Below, piece by piece: positions 33,263 to 43,421 of a stretch of DNA of 64,000 nucleotides. The DNA is taken from assembly GCA_963740535.1 (NCBI GenBank), contig CAVUEI010000002.1, positions 59,743 to 123,742 of the forward strand, written 5' to 3'. The translations under genes were made by a program, and so were the position numbers. The stretch is from an uncultured Acidimicrobiaceae bacterium (GTDB taxonomy: Bacteria > Actinomycetota > Acidimicrobiia > Acidimicrobiales > RAAP-2). The notes beneath the pieces are model-generated. The model made no database searches. It was not told the origin of the DNA and was given only the letters and a program-made list of their open reading frames with translations. Each line of letters starts with the position of its first letter. Position 1 is the first letter of the stretch.

Positions 33263-35004
33263 CGCAACCGGGTCGACCACGACCGGCGGCGACGACGCCG
33301 TGACACCGGGCGGCGACGCGCACGCACACGGCAGCGCACGCCACACCCACGCGCACGGCCACAGTGCGCACGCGGACGACTTCAGCGTGCCCGAACTGCC
33401 CGAGGCGGTCGACATCTTCGACACCATCCTGCGCGACGGCAGCCAGCAAGAGGGGCTCTCGCTCACGGTCGACGACAAGCTCCGGGTCGCCGAGCAGCTC
33501 GACCACCTCGGGGTCACCTTCATTGAGGGCGGGTGGCCCGGCGCGAACCCCAAGGACGTCGAGTTCTTCGAACGGGCGAAGAAGGAGCTCACGCTCGGCA
33601 CGGCAACGCTCGTCGCGTTCGGCTCCACCCGCCGCGCCGGCGTCAAGCCCGAGGACGATGCGGTGCTGGCCAACTTGCGCGACGCCGGGGCGCCCGTCGC
33701 CTGCATCGTGGCCAAGTCCTGGGACCGCCACGTGGCCGAGGCGCTGCGCACGTCCCTCGACGAGGCGGTCGCCATGGTGGCCGACTCCGTGCGCTACCTG
33801 CGCGAGCACGACTTGCGCGTCTTTCTCGATGCGGAGCACTTCTTCGACGGCTACCGCGGCAATCCCGACTTCGCCCTTTCCGTCCTGGCCGCCGCGGAGG
33901 AGGCGGGTGCCGAGGCGCTCGTCCTGTGCGACACCAATGGCGGCTCGCTGCCCGACGACGTCGGCCAGGCCGTGGCCGAGGTCAGGGCCCGCACGAGCGC
34001 GCAGCTGGGCATCCACTGCCACAACGACGCCGGCTGCGCCGTCGCCAACTCGCTCGTGGCCGTGCAGGCCGGGGCGACCCAGGTGCAGGGGTGCATCAAC
34101 GGCTACGGCGAGCGGGCGGGCAACACCGACCTGTCGGCCGCCATCCCGAACCTGTCGCTCAAGCTGCACATCCGCACCATCCCGGCCGATCGGCTGGAGC
34201 GGCTGACGCCCGTGGCGCACCACATCGCCGAGCTGGTGAACATCGCGCCCAACCCGCAGCAGCCCTACGTCGGCAACTCGGTGTTCGCCCACAAGGGCGG
34301 CCTGCACGCCAGTGCGGTGGCGCGCAGCGCCGACCTCTACGAGCACGTCGTGCCCGACCGGGTCGGCAACGGCACCCGCGTCGTCGTCTCGGAGATGGCC
34401 GGCCGCTCGACGCTGGCCATGAAGGCCGCCGAGCTCGGCCTGGAGCTCGACGGCGAGGTCATCGGCCGGGTGCTCGACGAGCTCAAGCGCCTGGAGCACG
34501 AGGGGTACCACTTCGAGGTGGCCGACGGCTCCCTCGAGCTCCTGCTGCGCCGGGCGACCGGCTGGGTCTCCGACTACTTCACGGTGGAGTCGTTCCGGGT
34601 CATCACCGACCACGGCGATCGGGGCGACGGCGACGGCGCCGGAGCGGCCCCGGTCACGCCGGCGATCAGCGGCGTGACGACCGAGGCCACGGTCAAGGTC
34701 CATGTGGGCGCCGAGCGGATCGTGGCGGTCGCCGAGGGCAACGGGCCGGTCAACGCGCTCGACGGCGCCCTGCGCGCCGCCATCGGGTCGAAGTTCCCGG
34801 CGCTCGACCACATCCACCTGACCGACTACCGGGTCCGGGTCCTCGATACGGGCCGGGGCACCGGCGCGGTCACCCGGGTCCTGGTGGACACCACGGACGG
34901 GCGAGCGCACCTGGACCACGATCGGGGTGTCCGAGAACATTATTGAGGCGAGCTGGCAGGCCCTCTACGATTCGGTCGTCTTCGGGCTGCTCCACGCGAC
35001 CTAG
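33252..35004 (+). pseudogene. cimA: Citramalate synthase (LeuA-family, CimA-type), frame shift near 34895
   Basis: DIFDTILRDGSQQEGLSLTVDDKLRVAEQLDHLGVTFIEGGWPGANPKD..., HCHNDAGCAVANS. After ...VDTTDG the conserved tail [33 protein letters not shown] is in the next frame (stop 35002-35004). The ATG overlaps the ilvE end. Confidence 0.8.
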
Positions 35005-35053
35005 CGGGGAGCCGGAGCCCGCATCGCGAGGGGCAGCAAAAAGGGGGCAGTCG

Positions 35054-36755
35054 ATGACCGTGTGGAGCCGCATCGCAGCAAAGCTGGTCAAGCTCCCCCC
35101 GCCCAAGACCACCGACGTCTCGGTCGAGCGCGACCTGGCCGCCAAGATGCCCGACGGCGCCGTCCTCCTGGCCGACCGCTGGTTCCCGACGCAGGATTCG
35201 GGTGGCCTGCCGACCGTGTTGATCCGCACGCCGTACGGGCGGCGCACGATGGGCCCCCTCGGCCGGCTGTACGCCGAGCGCGGCTACCAGACCGTGATCC
35301 AGAGCTGCCGCGGGACGTTCGGCTCCGAGGGAGACTTCGAGCCCATCCGCCACGAGCAGGCCGACGGCCACGCGACCCTGGAGTGGGTGGCCGCGCAGCC
35401 GTGGTTCGACGGCCGCCTCGTGATGTGGGGCGCGAGCTATCTGGGCCTGACGCAGTGGGCGATCGCGGCGGACGCGCCCGACTTCGTCAAGGCGCTCGGA
35501 CTCCAGGTCACCGCGTCGAACTTCCGCGATTCCATCGTGTACCCGGGCAACACCTTCGCGCTCGAGACGTCGCTGGCCTGGATCCACCAGATCGCGCACC
35601 AGGAGCTCGGTTGGAAGGCGGTCCTGCGGGCCCAGCTGCGGAGCGACAAGGTCGTGCGGGCCGCCGCCGACATGCTGCCTCTCGACCGGTGCGACAGCGC
35701 CGGTCGTCGGCCAGCCGGTCGCTGGCCTACCAGGACTGGCTCCGGCACAGCGCGCCCGGGCGACCCGTGGTGGGACCCCGTCGACTTCGGGCGGCGGCTG
35801 GAGCGGGTGCCGCCTGCGAGCCTGATCGGCGGCTGGTACGACCCGTTCCTGCTGGCCCAGTTGGGCGACTACGAGGCCCTGCGCGGCGCCGGTCGCACGG
35901 CCCGCCTCACCGTCGGCCCGTGGACGCACACCAGCCCCGGCTTGTTCGCCGAGTCGGTGCGCGACGGGCCGCGGTGGTTCGAGCAGCAGCTCGGGGAGCG
36001 CCGGGGCAGGGTGCCGAAGGCGCCCGTGCGGGTCTTCGTCATGGGGTCGCGCACCTGGGAGGAGTTCTCGCTCTGGCCGCCGGCGGGGGAGGAGCAACGG
36101 TGGTACCTCGGGCGGTGGGGCACCCTGGACACGACGCCGCCCATCGGCGAGCGGCCGCGACACCTTCCACTACAACCCCCACAACCCGACGCCCGCCGTC
36201 GGGGGCCCTGCGCTCAACATCCGGTCCGCGGGCCGCAAGGACCAGCGCCGGCGTGAGCACCGCCACGACGTGCTGACCTACACCAGCCCGGTGCTGACCG
36301 AGGACCTCACCGTCATCGGGCCGGTCGACGCGCGACGCTGTATCTGCGTTCGTCGCTGGAGCACACGGACTTCTTCGTGCGGCTCTGCGACGTGACCGAG
36401 AAGGGCAAGTCGTTCAACCTGAGCGACGGCATCGTCAGGCTCATTCCGGGCTCGGTGGACAAGGAGGAGGACGGCGTCTTCAAGCTCGAGGTGGCGATGT
36501 GGCCGACCGCCAACACCTTCCTCGCCGGCCACCGGATCCGGCTGCAGGTGTCGAGCGGCGCGCACCCGCTGTTCTGCCGCAACACCGGCACCGACGAGCC
36601 GCTCGGCGACGGGTGCCACCCTGCGCTCGGCCGATCAGGAGGTCTTCCACGACGCGGCCCGTCCCTCGTCGATCTCGCTGCACGCCGTGCGGCTCCTCGC
36701 GGGCGCGCCGCTCGGCGAGGGCGCCGGAATGGGTTCTCCGGACACCCTCGGCTAG
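35054..36755 (+). pseudogene. CocE/NonD-family (X-Pro dipeptidyl-peptidase S15) hydrolase, at least 5 frame shifts
   Basis: TVLIRTPYGRR...MWGASYLGLTQW (nucleophile elbow)...GGWYDPF...TVGPWTH...FHYNPHNPTPAVGG...LYLRSSLEHTDFFVRLCDV...HRIRLQVSSGAHPLFCRN... are spread over all three frames. Includes three single-base shifts within 35690-35770. Confidence 0.7.
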
Positions 36756-36765
36756 CCTCCGGCGC

Positions 36766-37299
36766 ATGACGCAGCCCACGTTCGTGCCCATCGCCGAGGC
36801 CGATCAGGTCCGTCCGGCCCGGCACCTCCACGTGCCCGGGCCGTGGACGACGTCGCGCCCGGCCGAGGTCACCGTGCCGTTGGGTCTTCGGGGCCGGGGC
36901 GTGGGGACGCCGGGGCCCGACTCGGGCTTCGCGTTGCGCTTGGCCCGGCGCGTCGAGCACGAGCTCAAGCTCGGCCAGGGCGAGTCGGAGCACGACGTCC
37001 TGCTCGGCGTGGCGCTCATCGCGGCCAAGCGGGCCGCCTACTTCGGCCGCGCCCCGTCGGTCTACGACGTGCGGTTCGCCCTGCACCTGTGGGGCTTCCT
37101 CGCCGATGCGCCGCCCGAGCTCATGGAGCGCCGGCGCGTCGCCTTCTCGGGCATCTCCCACAACTACGCCGCGCAGCGGCTCCTCGCCGACTCCGTCCCG
37201 GACGAGTCCCTCCGCCTCGGCCCGCAGGAGGTGGGCCCGGAGCACACCCGCGCCGCCGCAGAGGGAGCGCAGGTCCCGGGCGGTCAAACAGCGACCTAG
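36766..37299 (+). CDS. Conserved hypothetical protein
   Basis: Intact 177-aa ORF from MTQPTFVPIAEADQ. Codon usage resembles its neighbours. No family recognised. Confidence 0.45.
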   Translation: MTQPTFVPIAEADQVRPARHLHVPGPWTTSRPAEVTVPLGLRGRGVGTPGPDSGFALRLARRVEHELKLGQGESEHDVLLGVALIAAKRAAYFGRAPSVYDVRFALHLWGFLADAPPELMERRRVAFSGISHNYAAQRLLADSVPDESLRLGPQEVGPEHTRAAAEGAQVPGGQTAT

Positions 37300-37317
37300 G
37301 CGCCGCGCCTCCCTGTC

Positions 37318-38184
37318 GTGGACACGAGCGGGGCCATTGAACGCCTCGAGATACAGGCGGGCGGGTTCACCTTCACCGGTCGCGCCTCAGGTCCGCACGA
37401 CGGCCGGCGAATGCTGCTGCTGCACGGGTTCCCGCAGACCTCATGGGCATGGCGCGACCAGCTGTCGGCCCTCGGGCGCGCCGGGTACCGCGCCATCGCA
37501 CCCGACCAGCGCGGCTACTGCGGCGGGGCCCGGCCGACCGAGGTGGGCGCCTACGCCACCGAACACCTGGTGAGCGACGTATTGGCGCTGGCCGACTCCA
37601 TGGAGATGGAGACCTTCGATCTGGTGGGGCACGACTGGGGCGGCATGCTGGCGTGGATCGCGGCGTCGCGCCATCCGGCCAGGATCCGCTCCCTCAGCGT
37701 CGTGTCGACCCCGCACCCGCTGGCGTTGCGGCGCGCGCTGACCGGTGGCGACACCGCCCAGGCAGCCACCGGCGAGGCGATGGTCTCCTTTTGCGAGCCC
37801 GAGGTCCCCGAGCGGCTCCTGCTCGGTGCCGACGGGTCGGGCAGCGGGCTGACGACGCTGCTGGCCGAGAGCGGGCTCGACGACGACGACGCGCTGATGT
37901 ACGTGTCCACACTGACCGAGCCCGGCGCGCTGACGGCTGCGCTGAATTGGTACCGGGCCATGGACCCCACGGTGCTCGACCAGCTGCAGCCGATTGCGGT
38001 CCCGACGCTCTACGTCTGGTCCACGGGCGACGATGCGTTCACGCGGAGTGCGGCCGAAGGAACGGCCGAGCACGTGCACGGTCCGTACACCTTCGAGGTC
38101 CTGAACGACGTGTCGCACTGGGTGCCCGAGATGGCGCCGGTCGAGCTCTCCGACTTGCTGTTGCGCCACCTGTCCGTCTGCTGA
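37318..38184 (+). CDS. Alpha/beta hydrolase (epoxide-hydrolase-like)
   Basis: LLLHGFPQTSWAWRDQL, nucleophile elbow VGHDWGG, C-terminal VSHW. Confidence 0.8.
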   Translation: MDTSGAIERLEIQAGGFTFTGRASGPHDGRRMLLLHGFPQTSWAWRDQLSALGRAGYRAIAPDQRGYCGGARPTEVGAYATEHLVSDVLALADSMEMETFDLVGHDWGGMLAWIAASRHPARIRSLSVVSTPHPLALRRALTGGDTAQAATGEAMVSFCEPEVPERLLLGADGSGSGLTTLLAESGLDDDDALMYVSTLTEPGALTAALNWYRAMDPTVLDQLQPIAVPTLYVWSTGDDAFTRSAAEGTAEHVHGPYTFEVLNDVSHWVPEMAPVELSDLLLRHLSVC

Positions 38185-38373
38185 TGCCCTGGGTAGAGCA
38201 CGCAAATGGCCGTGATTCCGAACTCTGACGATGAGGGCCAACGGTCACGATCCACCAGGTTTCCCGAGCGGGCCCGCCCTCTACAATCAGTACTTCGTGG
38301 CCTGCGATGCTGAGTTCGGCGATCTATCCAGCAGCTGTAGTGCTTGCACGAACGGAAACGATCGGAGTGCGGG

Positions 38374-38886
38374 ATGGCTGAACCAGTCCCGGTGACCGAG
38401 CTGAGCGCCTTCAGCAGTCCGAACGCGACACCAACGGAGTGGTCGCAGGCTCGGGATGAGTTGGCCGGCGCTGAGGTGTATTGGCTTTCGACGGTTCGAC
38501 CTGATGGCCGCCCGCATGTCACGCCCCTGTTGGGATCTGGCTCGAAGGGGCTCTGTACTTCTGTACTGGACCGAACGAGCGAAAAGCGAAGAACCTCGCG
38601 GCAAACTGTCATTGCGTCCTTACGACGGGGCAGAGCACCCTCGACGGCCTCGACCTCGTGATTGAAGGAACGGCCGAAAGTGTGAGCGACCATGCGGAGC
38701 TTGGACGAGTCGCCAACACCTATGAGTCGAAGTACGGAGAGCATTTCGTCGCACCCGACGGAACCTGGTCCGGTCTGGGTGACGCCATTCGGCGACGCAG
38801 AGGTTCTCGTCTACCGCGTGGCACCCGATACCGGTTTTGGATTTGGCAAGGGAGGGCAGTTCAGTCAAACACGCTGGAGCTTCTAG
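38374..38886 (+). pseudogene. Pyridoxamine 5'-phosphate oxidase (PPOX)-family protein, frame shifts near 38530 and 38790
   Basis: EVYWLSTVRPDGRPHVTPLLG, then IWLEGALYFCTGPNERKAKNLAANCHCVLTTG...DLVIEGTAESV, then EVLVYRVAPDTGFGFGKGGQFSQTRWSF*. These lie in different frames. Confidence 0.6.
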
Positions 38887-39013
38887 GTAGACCCGTTCCC
38901 GGGTTGGTGAGGCATTGGACATCCCTGCCAAGTCCGCTATCGACCACCGCTGCACCCAGCGCCCCGCGGCGGCAGCCGGCTGAACCACGAGGCCACCGCA
39001 ATAGGCTCGGCGC

Positions 39014-39229
39014 ATGGACGACGGCCCACAGGAGACGGAGATCACGGTCGTTTTGAGGTGGCTGCCCAACCCGGAAGGCGACGATCCTCGCTTGATAATG
39101 CAACTCGAGGACGGAGAGGGGCGGGAATGGGATCCCGGGTCGATCGCCGCGCCCATGACCGGATTTTTGCCCGCCGGATGGCCGAGGGGCAGCGCCCTCA
39201 CCTTCAAGCGAACCATCGTGGAACGCTGA
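39014..39229 (+). CDS. Hypothetical small protein
   Basis: 71-aa ORF, no family recognised. Confidence 0.25.
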   Translation: MDDGPQETEITVVLRWLPNPEGDDPRLIMQLEDGEGREWDPGSIAAPMTGFLPAGWPRGSALTFKRTIVER

Positions 39230-39299
39230 GCCCTCACCAACCAGGCCGACGCCTTTTAGAAACAGGAAGCCTTCGTGAACATGAGTGCCACAGGTCGGG

Positions 39300-40181
39300 T
39301 TACTTGCTACCGAGCGCGACTTGCGGCTCTTTGACTCGGGCTGCGGCCCGCCCCAACCGGGCGATGAATTGCAACAGTCGATCCCGGGCCGCCTCGGCCG
39401 ACGGGGTCAGGCCCTGCCTGCCGGCCACGTCCCAATGGCCTAGAACCACCGGTCGGAGGATGGCGTCATGGTGCACCCTCAAGTCGTAAATACCAGCTCG
39501 GGCAATGGCCTTTGCGTGCTGGGCGAAGTCCGGTATGCCTGTACCGGGCATCTCGAATCCCAGCACCTGACGCTTGATGGCCTCCATCATCCCCGAAGGA
39601 TCGATCTCTAGCGCAGCCGATACGAGATCTCGGTAGAAGAGATAGTGGAGGTTCTCGTCTGCCGCCACCCGTTTCATGACCGTGTAGCCCTCAGCGTCGG
39701 GCAACGCCTTCCCGGTGTTGTGATGGGCGATTCGGGTCGCCAACTCTTGGAGGGCGAGATAGGCGAACGCGTCGGCAATGGTCTCGGCTTGAGGGGAAAC
39801 GCCGCCGGTAACCTGGGCCATCCGGGCCCGTTCCAGGATGACGGGATCGACGTGCCCACTCATGATCAAGTAGTCGCGCAGGACGATCGAGTGCCGCCCC
39901 TCCTCTGCCGTCCACCGCCGGCTCCAATAGCCCCAGGCACCGTCCCGACCGAAGAGATTGTCGATCGAAGCGAAGTAGTAGGGCAGGTTGTCCTCGGTCA
40001 GCACGTTGACGAACACGGCACTGGCGACACCATCGGGCAGCGGTTCGGCACAGCCGACCTCTGGTGGCGGCCGCCACTCGACAAGGTCGTGGGGGAACCA
40101 CTCTTTGGCCATGCCCAGATGGCGGTCGACCAAGCGCTCGGCGGTTGGTTGGAGTTCGGCGAGCATGGTCGCGTCATCCAT
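39300..40181 (-). CDS. Acyl-ACP desaturase (soluble di-iron, DesA-like)
   Basis: Di-iron motifs TEDNLPYY and WTAEEGRHSIVLRDYL. SD GAGGAGG lies 7 nt upstream of the ATG at 40181. The ORF track extends to 40223. Confidence 0.85.
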   Translation of the reverse strand: MDDATMLAELQPTAERLVDRHLGMAKEWFPHDLVEWRPPPEVGCAEPLPDGVASAVFVNVLTEDNLPYYFASIDNLFGRDGAWGYWSRRWTAEEGRHSIVLRDYLIMSGHVDPVILERARMAQVTGGVSPQAETIADAFAYLALQELATRIAHHNTGKALPDAEGYTVMKRVAADENLHYLFYRDLVSAALEIDPSGMMEAIKRQVLGFEMPGTGIPDFAQHAKAIARAGIYDLRVHHDAILRPVVLGHWDVAGRQGLTPSAEAARDRLLQFIARLGRAAARVKEPQVALGSK

Positions 40182-40432
40182 GTCCGGTCCTCCTCTTTCG
40201 GTTGTCGTCTGTCGGACCCGCACGTTCGGGTACTCCCCGACGCCGTTGGAACGAGGCGGCTGCTACGCAAAGATATCGCGGCCGCAGAGCACCCTTTTTT
40301 GGGTGCGTCCCAAGCCGCCAGTGTCAGGCGACACGTGCCTTGCAGGCGTGTCACCCATCGCCGGTGGAACCGACCCTGAGCCCCACTACCCCCTGAACAG
40401 CGGCGAGCCGCTCCCGTATAGCGTCCCACGTC

Positions 40433-40892
40433 ATGGAAATGGTGCGTCAGGTCATCGTGTTCGATGCCGCAGACCCGCCTGCTGAAAGTGCGTTCTGGGC
40501 TGGGATTCTCGGCGGGCACGTCTACGACGGAGACGAGCGATTTCACTGCGTGTTCGATGCGTCCGGCGCGTGGCGCATTGGCGTCCAATTTCGCGCCGGA
40601 CCACGCCCCGCCCGATTGGCCGGATGGAGCCCCTCAACAGGTCCATCTCGATCTGCACGTGGAGGATCCGCGGGCGGCACATGAAGAGGCGATCTCCCTC
40701 GGCGCCCGATTGCTCCAAGCGGCTCCCGACTTCAGCGCTGACGAAGGGCACCAGGTCTACGCCGACCCGGCCGGGCACCCGTTCTGCATCGGTTGGGGGC
40801 ATCCGTCTCGCGAGCAGCTTGCATCGTTCGTTGCCAAGCAGTTCGGACCTCCCGGGCACACGGGCGACCGAGGAGCGGCATGGCCAAGCTGA
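40433..40892 (+). pseudogene. VOC/glyoxalase-like protein, frame shift near 40590
   Basis: MEMVRQVIVFDAADPPAESAFWAGILGG...WRIGVQF continues in ORF 40464-40892 (APDHAPPDWPDGAPQQVHLDLHVEDPRAAHEEAISLGA...DPAGHPFCIG). Confidence 0.6.
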
Positions 40893-41440
40893 TCTACGTG
40901 GCGAATCTGTCCCTTGACGGCTACATCGAGGACGCGAATGGCGAATTCGAATGGACCGCGCCCGACGACGAGGTCTTCATCTTTATCACTGACCTTGTGC
41001 GCTCCGTCGGTACCCACCTCTTTGGCCGGCGCCTGTACGAGACGATGGCCGTCTGGGAGACCGACCCCACCCTGGCCGCCCAGTCGGAGCTCATGGCCGA
41101 CTTCGCGAACGTCTGGCAAGCGGCCGACAAGATCGTCTACTCCACGACGCTGCCCGTCGTCTCGACCACCAACACACGGCTCGAGCGCAGTTTCGACCCC
41201 GATTCGGTCCGCGAGATGAAGACGTCCGCCGCGACCGATTTGACCGTCGGCGGGTCGACCCTCGCCGCGCACGCGTTCAACGCCGGGCTGATCGATGAGT
41301 GCCAGCTCTTCATTTATCCGGTGCTCGTCGGTGAAGGAAAGCCCGCGTTCCTCAGCGACGCCCGCGTCCAGTTGGACCTGCTGGAGGAGCACCGGTTCGG
41401 CAACGGTGTCGTGCACCTCCGCTACCGCGTCCAGAGCTGA
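40880..41440 (+). CDS. Dihydrofolate-reductase-like (RibD C-terminal domain) protein
   Basis: MAKLIYVANLSLDGYIEDANGEFEW...GRRLYETM...GGSTLAAHAFNAGLIDE. Confidence 0.75.
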   Translation: MAKLIYVANLSLDGYIEDANGEFEWTAPDDEVFIFITDLVRSVGTHLFGRRLYETMAVWETDPTLAAQSELMADFANVWQAADKIVYSTTLPVVSTTNTRLERSFDPDSVREMKTSAATDLTVGGSTLAAHAFNAGLIDECQLFIYPVLVGEGKPAFLSDARVQLDLLEEHRFGNGVVHLRYRVQS

Positions 41441-41539
41441 CCCTCCAGTTAGACGCGAACCGGTCGCCGCCTTCGACGATCCAAACTGGGGCGAGCACTC
41501 GGCAGGGGGCAGGCGTAGAGCGACAGAGAGGAGTCATTC

Positions 41540-42046
41540 ATGACAGAGGAAAGCAAGCGGGTCGAAGTGTCACGCAGGATCAAAGCACCCGCAGCCCCCA
41601 TCTTCGAGATCCTGGCGAATCCGCAACGTCACATGGATTTCGATGGGTCCGGCATGCTCCGGGGAGCCGTCCTCGAACGTCCCATCTCCGACGTGGGCGA
41701 CACCTTCACCATGAAGATGCATCGGCTCGGAGACGACTACCTCATGCTCAACTATGTGGTGGAGTTCGAGCCAGATCGGCGCATATTTTGGGAACCGGCT
41801 CCCGGAGACCCTTCTCGGGCTGAGGGTGATGATCCGTCCAAGGTCGGCATTCCGGCGGGCTACCGCTGGGGCTACATCCTCACTCCAGACGGTGACGACG
41901 CCACCGTCGTCACCGAGGTCTTTGACTATGGCCCGTTGCCGGAGGACCTCCTCAGTGATGGCGGGGCGTGGATCAACGGGGCCAATTCGGTGCGTGAGTC
42001 CATGACGGCCAGCCTGGAGAGGCTCGAGAAGATCAGTACGGAGTAG
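41540..42046 (+). CDS. SRPBCC / polyketide cyclase-dehydrase family protein
   Basis: 168 aa with VEVSRRIKAPAAPIFEILANPQRHMDFDGSGML. Confidence 0.7.
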   Translation: MTEESKRVEVSRRIKAPAAPIFEILANPQRHMDFDGSGMLRGAVLERPISDVGDTFTMKMHRLGDDYLMLNYVVEFEPDRRIFWEPAPGDPSRAEGDDPSKVGIPAGYRWGYILTPDGDDATVVTEVFDYGPLPEDLLSDGGAWINGANSVRESMTASLERLEKISTE

Positions 42047-42076
42047 AACCGCTGCCGGAGCGTATGTTCTCTCACC

Positions 42077-42592
42077 ATGGAGCAGGCTGTCGCTGATCTG
42101 GTCGGTCCGGATCTGCGCGTGCTCTTCTGCGGGATCAATCCCGGCACGCGCTCAGGCGACCTCAACCTGCATTTCGCCCGGCCGGGGAACCGGTTCTGGA
42201 AGTTGCTCTGTGCCGGTGGATTCACCGAGTCCGTTCTCTTACCCGCCGAGCAGCACACGCTGCCCGGGCTCGGGATAGGCATCACGAACCTGGTGGGGCG
42301 GGTGACGGCCGCCGCCAGCGAACTCAGTGTGGCCGAATTGCGAGAAGGCGCAACACAGCTCGAGGGCAAAGTGGGGATGCTGCGGCCCCGCTACGTCGCC
42401 GTGCTCGGGCTGCAGGCATATCGGACGGCCTTTCTTCGAACCGGAGCCGTCATCGGCCGCCAGCCCGAACCCCTCGCCGGTGCCCGTCTTTGGCTTCTGC
42501 CCAACCCAAGCGGTCTTCAGGCGCACTACCAACTTGCGGAAATGACTGAGATGTACAAGGCACTCCGTGAATCGGCCTTCGGGAGGCTCTAA
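42077..42592 (+). CDS. mug: G/U mismatch-specific uracil-DNA glycosylase (Mug/TDG family)
   Basis: LRVLFCGINPGTRSGDLNLHFARPGNRFWKLL...LLPNPSGL. Confidence 0.8.
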   Translation: MEQAVADLVGPDLRVLFCGINPGTRSGDLNLHFARPGNRFWKLLCAGGFTESVLLPAEQHTLPGLGIGITNLVGRVTAAASELSVAELREGATQLEGKVGMLRPRYVAVLGLQAYRTAFLRTGAVIGRQPEPLAGARLWLLPNPSGLQAHYQLAEMTEMYKALRESAFGRL

Positions 42593-42768
42593 TCGGCAGA
42601 CCATGTCCCGTTTTGCCGGTAGAGGGATGCGTGGTCGCGGGACAGCCAGAACTGCGACGGATAGTCTTTTGCCCGTTCATCGAGAGCGACCCGAGGGACC
42701 TGGCCCTGTGACGGTCCGGCAGCCGGCTGTAGCACGGTGCCAAAGCCAGGATCGATGAGGAGACCAAT

Positions 42769-43374
42769 ATGGCCAAACGGGTCCTTGCTGTGCAGTATTT
42801 CGACGCGGCCAATTGCGACGCCGACGCCATCGCTGCCCTCCACGCCGACAGCTGGCGACGCCACTACCGAGGTGCGTACTTGGACTCCTACCTCGACGGG
42901 GATGTGGTCGCCGATCGCGAGGAGGTATGGCGAAGCCGACTCGCGCAACCCACGACGGGCCACTTCACGGTGGTCGCTCGCCAGGGAGATGAGGTCGTCG
43001 GGTTCGCCCACACGATCTTGGACGAAGACCCGCTCTGGGGATCACTCCTTGAGAATCTCCACGTCAGGAGTGATCTGAAGCGAACCGGGATCGGTTCACA
43101 CCTGCTGTCAGAGACCGTCCACAGGCTCCTTCGATTTCGGCCCCAAGGATCGATTCATCTCTGGGTGCTCGATCAGAACACAGCCGCCCAGGCCTTCTAT
43201 GACGCACGAGGTGGCAGCCCAGTCGAGACGCAACTCCGCGGGCCCTTTCCCGGTGGCGGTCGAGCGATTGGGTCACCGCTATCACTGGAGCGATCCAACA
43301 CGACTACTGATCGATCCGGTCGAGCAGTAGCGGGATCGGGTGAGACTGCCCCGGCGGGTAGGTCAAGGATGTGA
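42769..43374 (+). CDS. GNAT-family acetyltransferase
   Basis: LENLHVRSDLKRTGIGSHLL (motif A). 201 aa. Confidence 0.7.
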   Translation: MAKRVLAVQYFDAANCDADAIAALHADSWRRHYRGAYLDSYLDGDVVADREEVWRSRLAQPTTGHFTVVARQGDEVVGFAHTILDEDPLWGSLLENLHVRSDLKRTGIGSHLLSETVHRLLRFRPQGSIHLWVLDQNTAAQAFYDARGGSPVETQLRGPFPGGGRAIGSPLSLERSNTTTDRSGRAVAGSGETAPAGRSRM

Positions 43375-43421
43375 AGGCACCACGGACGCGTCTACCGTTG
43401 CATCCCGACGTGAGGAGGGGG

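Noticed and set aside
40290-40307. GCACCC-TTTTTT-GGGTGC, which looks like a terminator.
   Set aside because: The T-run is the loop rather than a 3' tail. The element also sits in a divergent promoter region between the desaturase and VOC genes, where no transcript needs terminating. It was left uninterpreted.
42589-43011. A 140-aa minus-strand ORF covering the Mug-GNAT intergenic region and the GNAT 5' end.
   Set aside because: Most of it is antisense to a good GNAT gene. The non-overlapping tail has no recognisable family, so it is probably spurious or at best a gene remnant.
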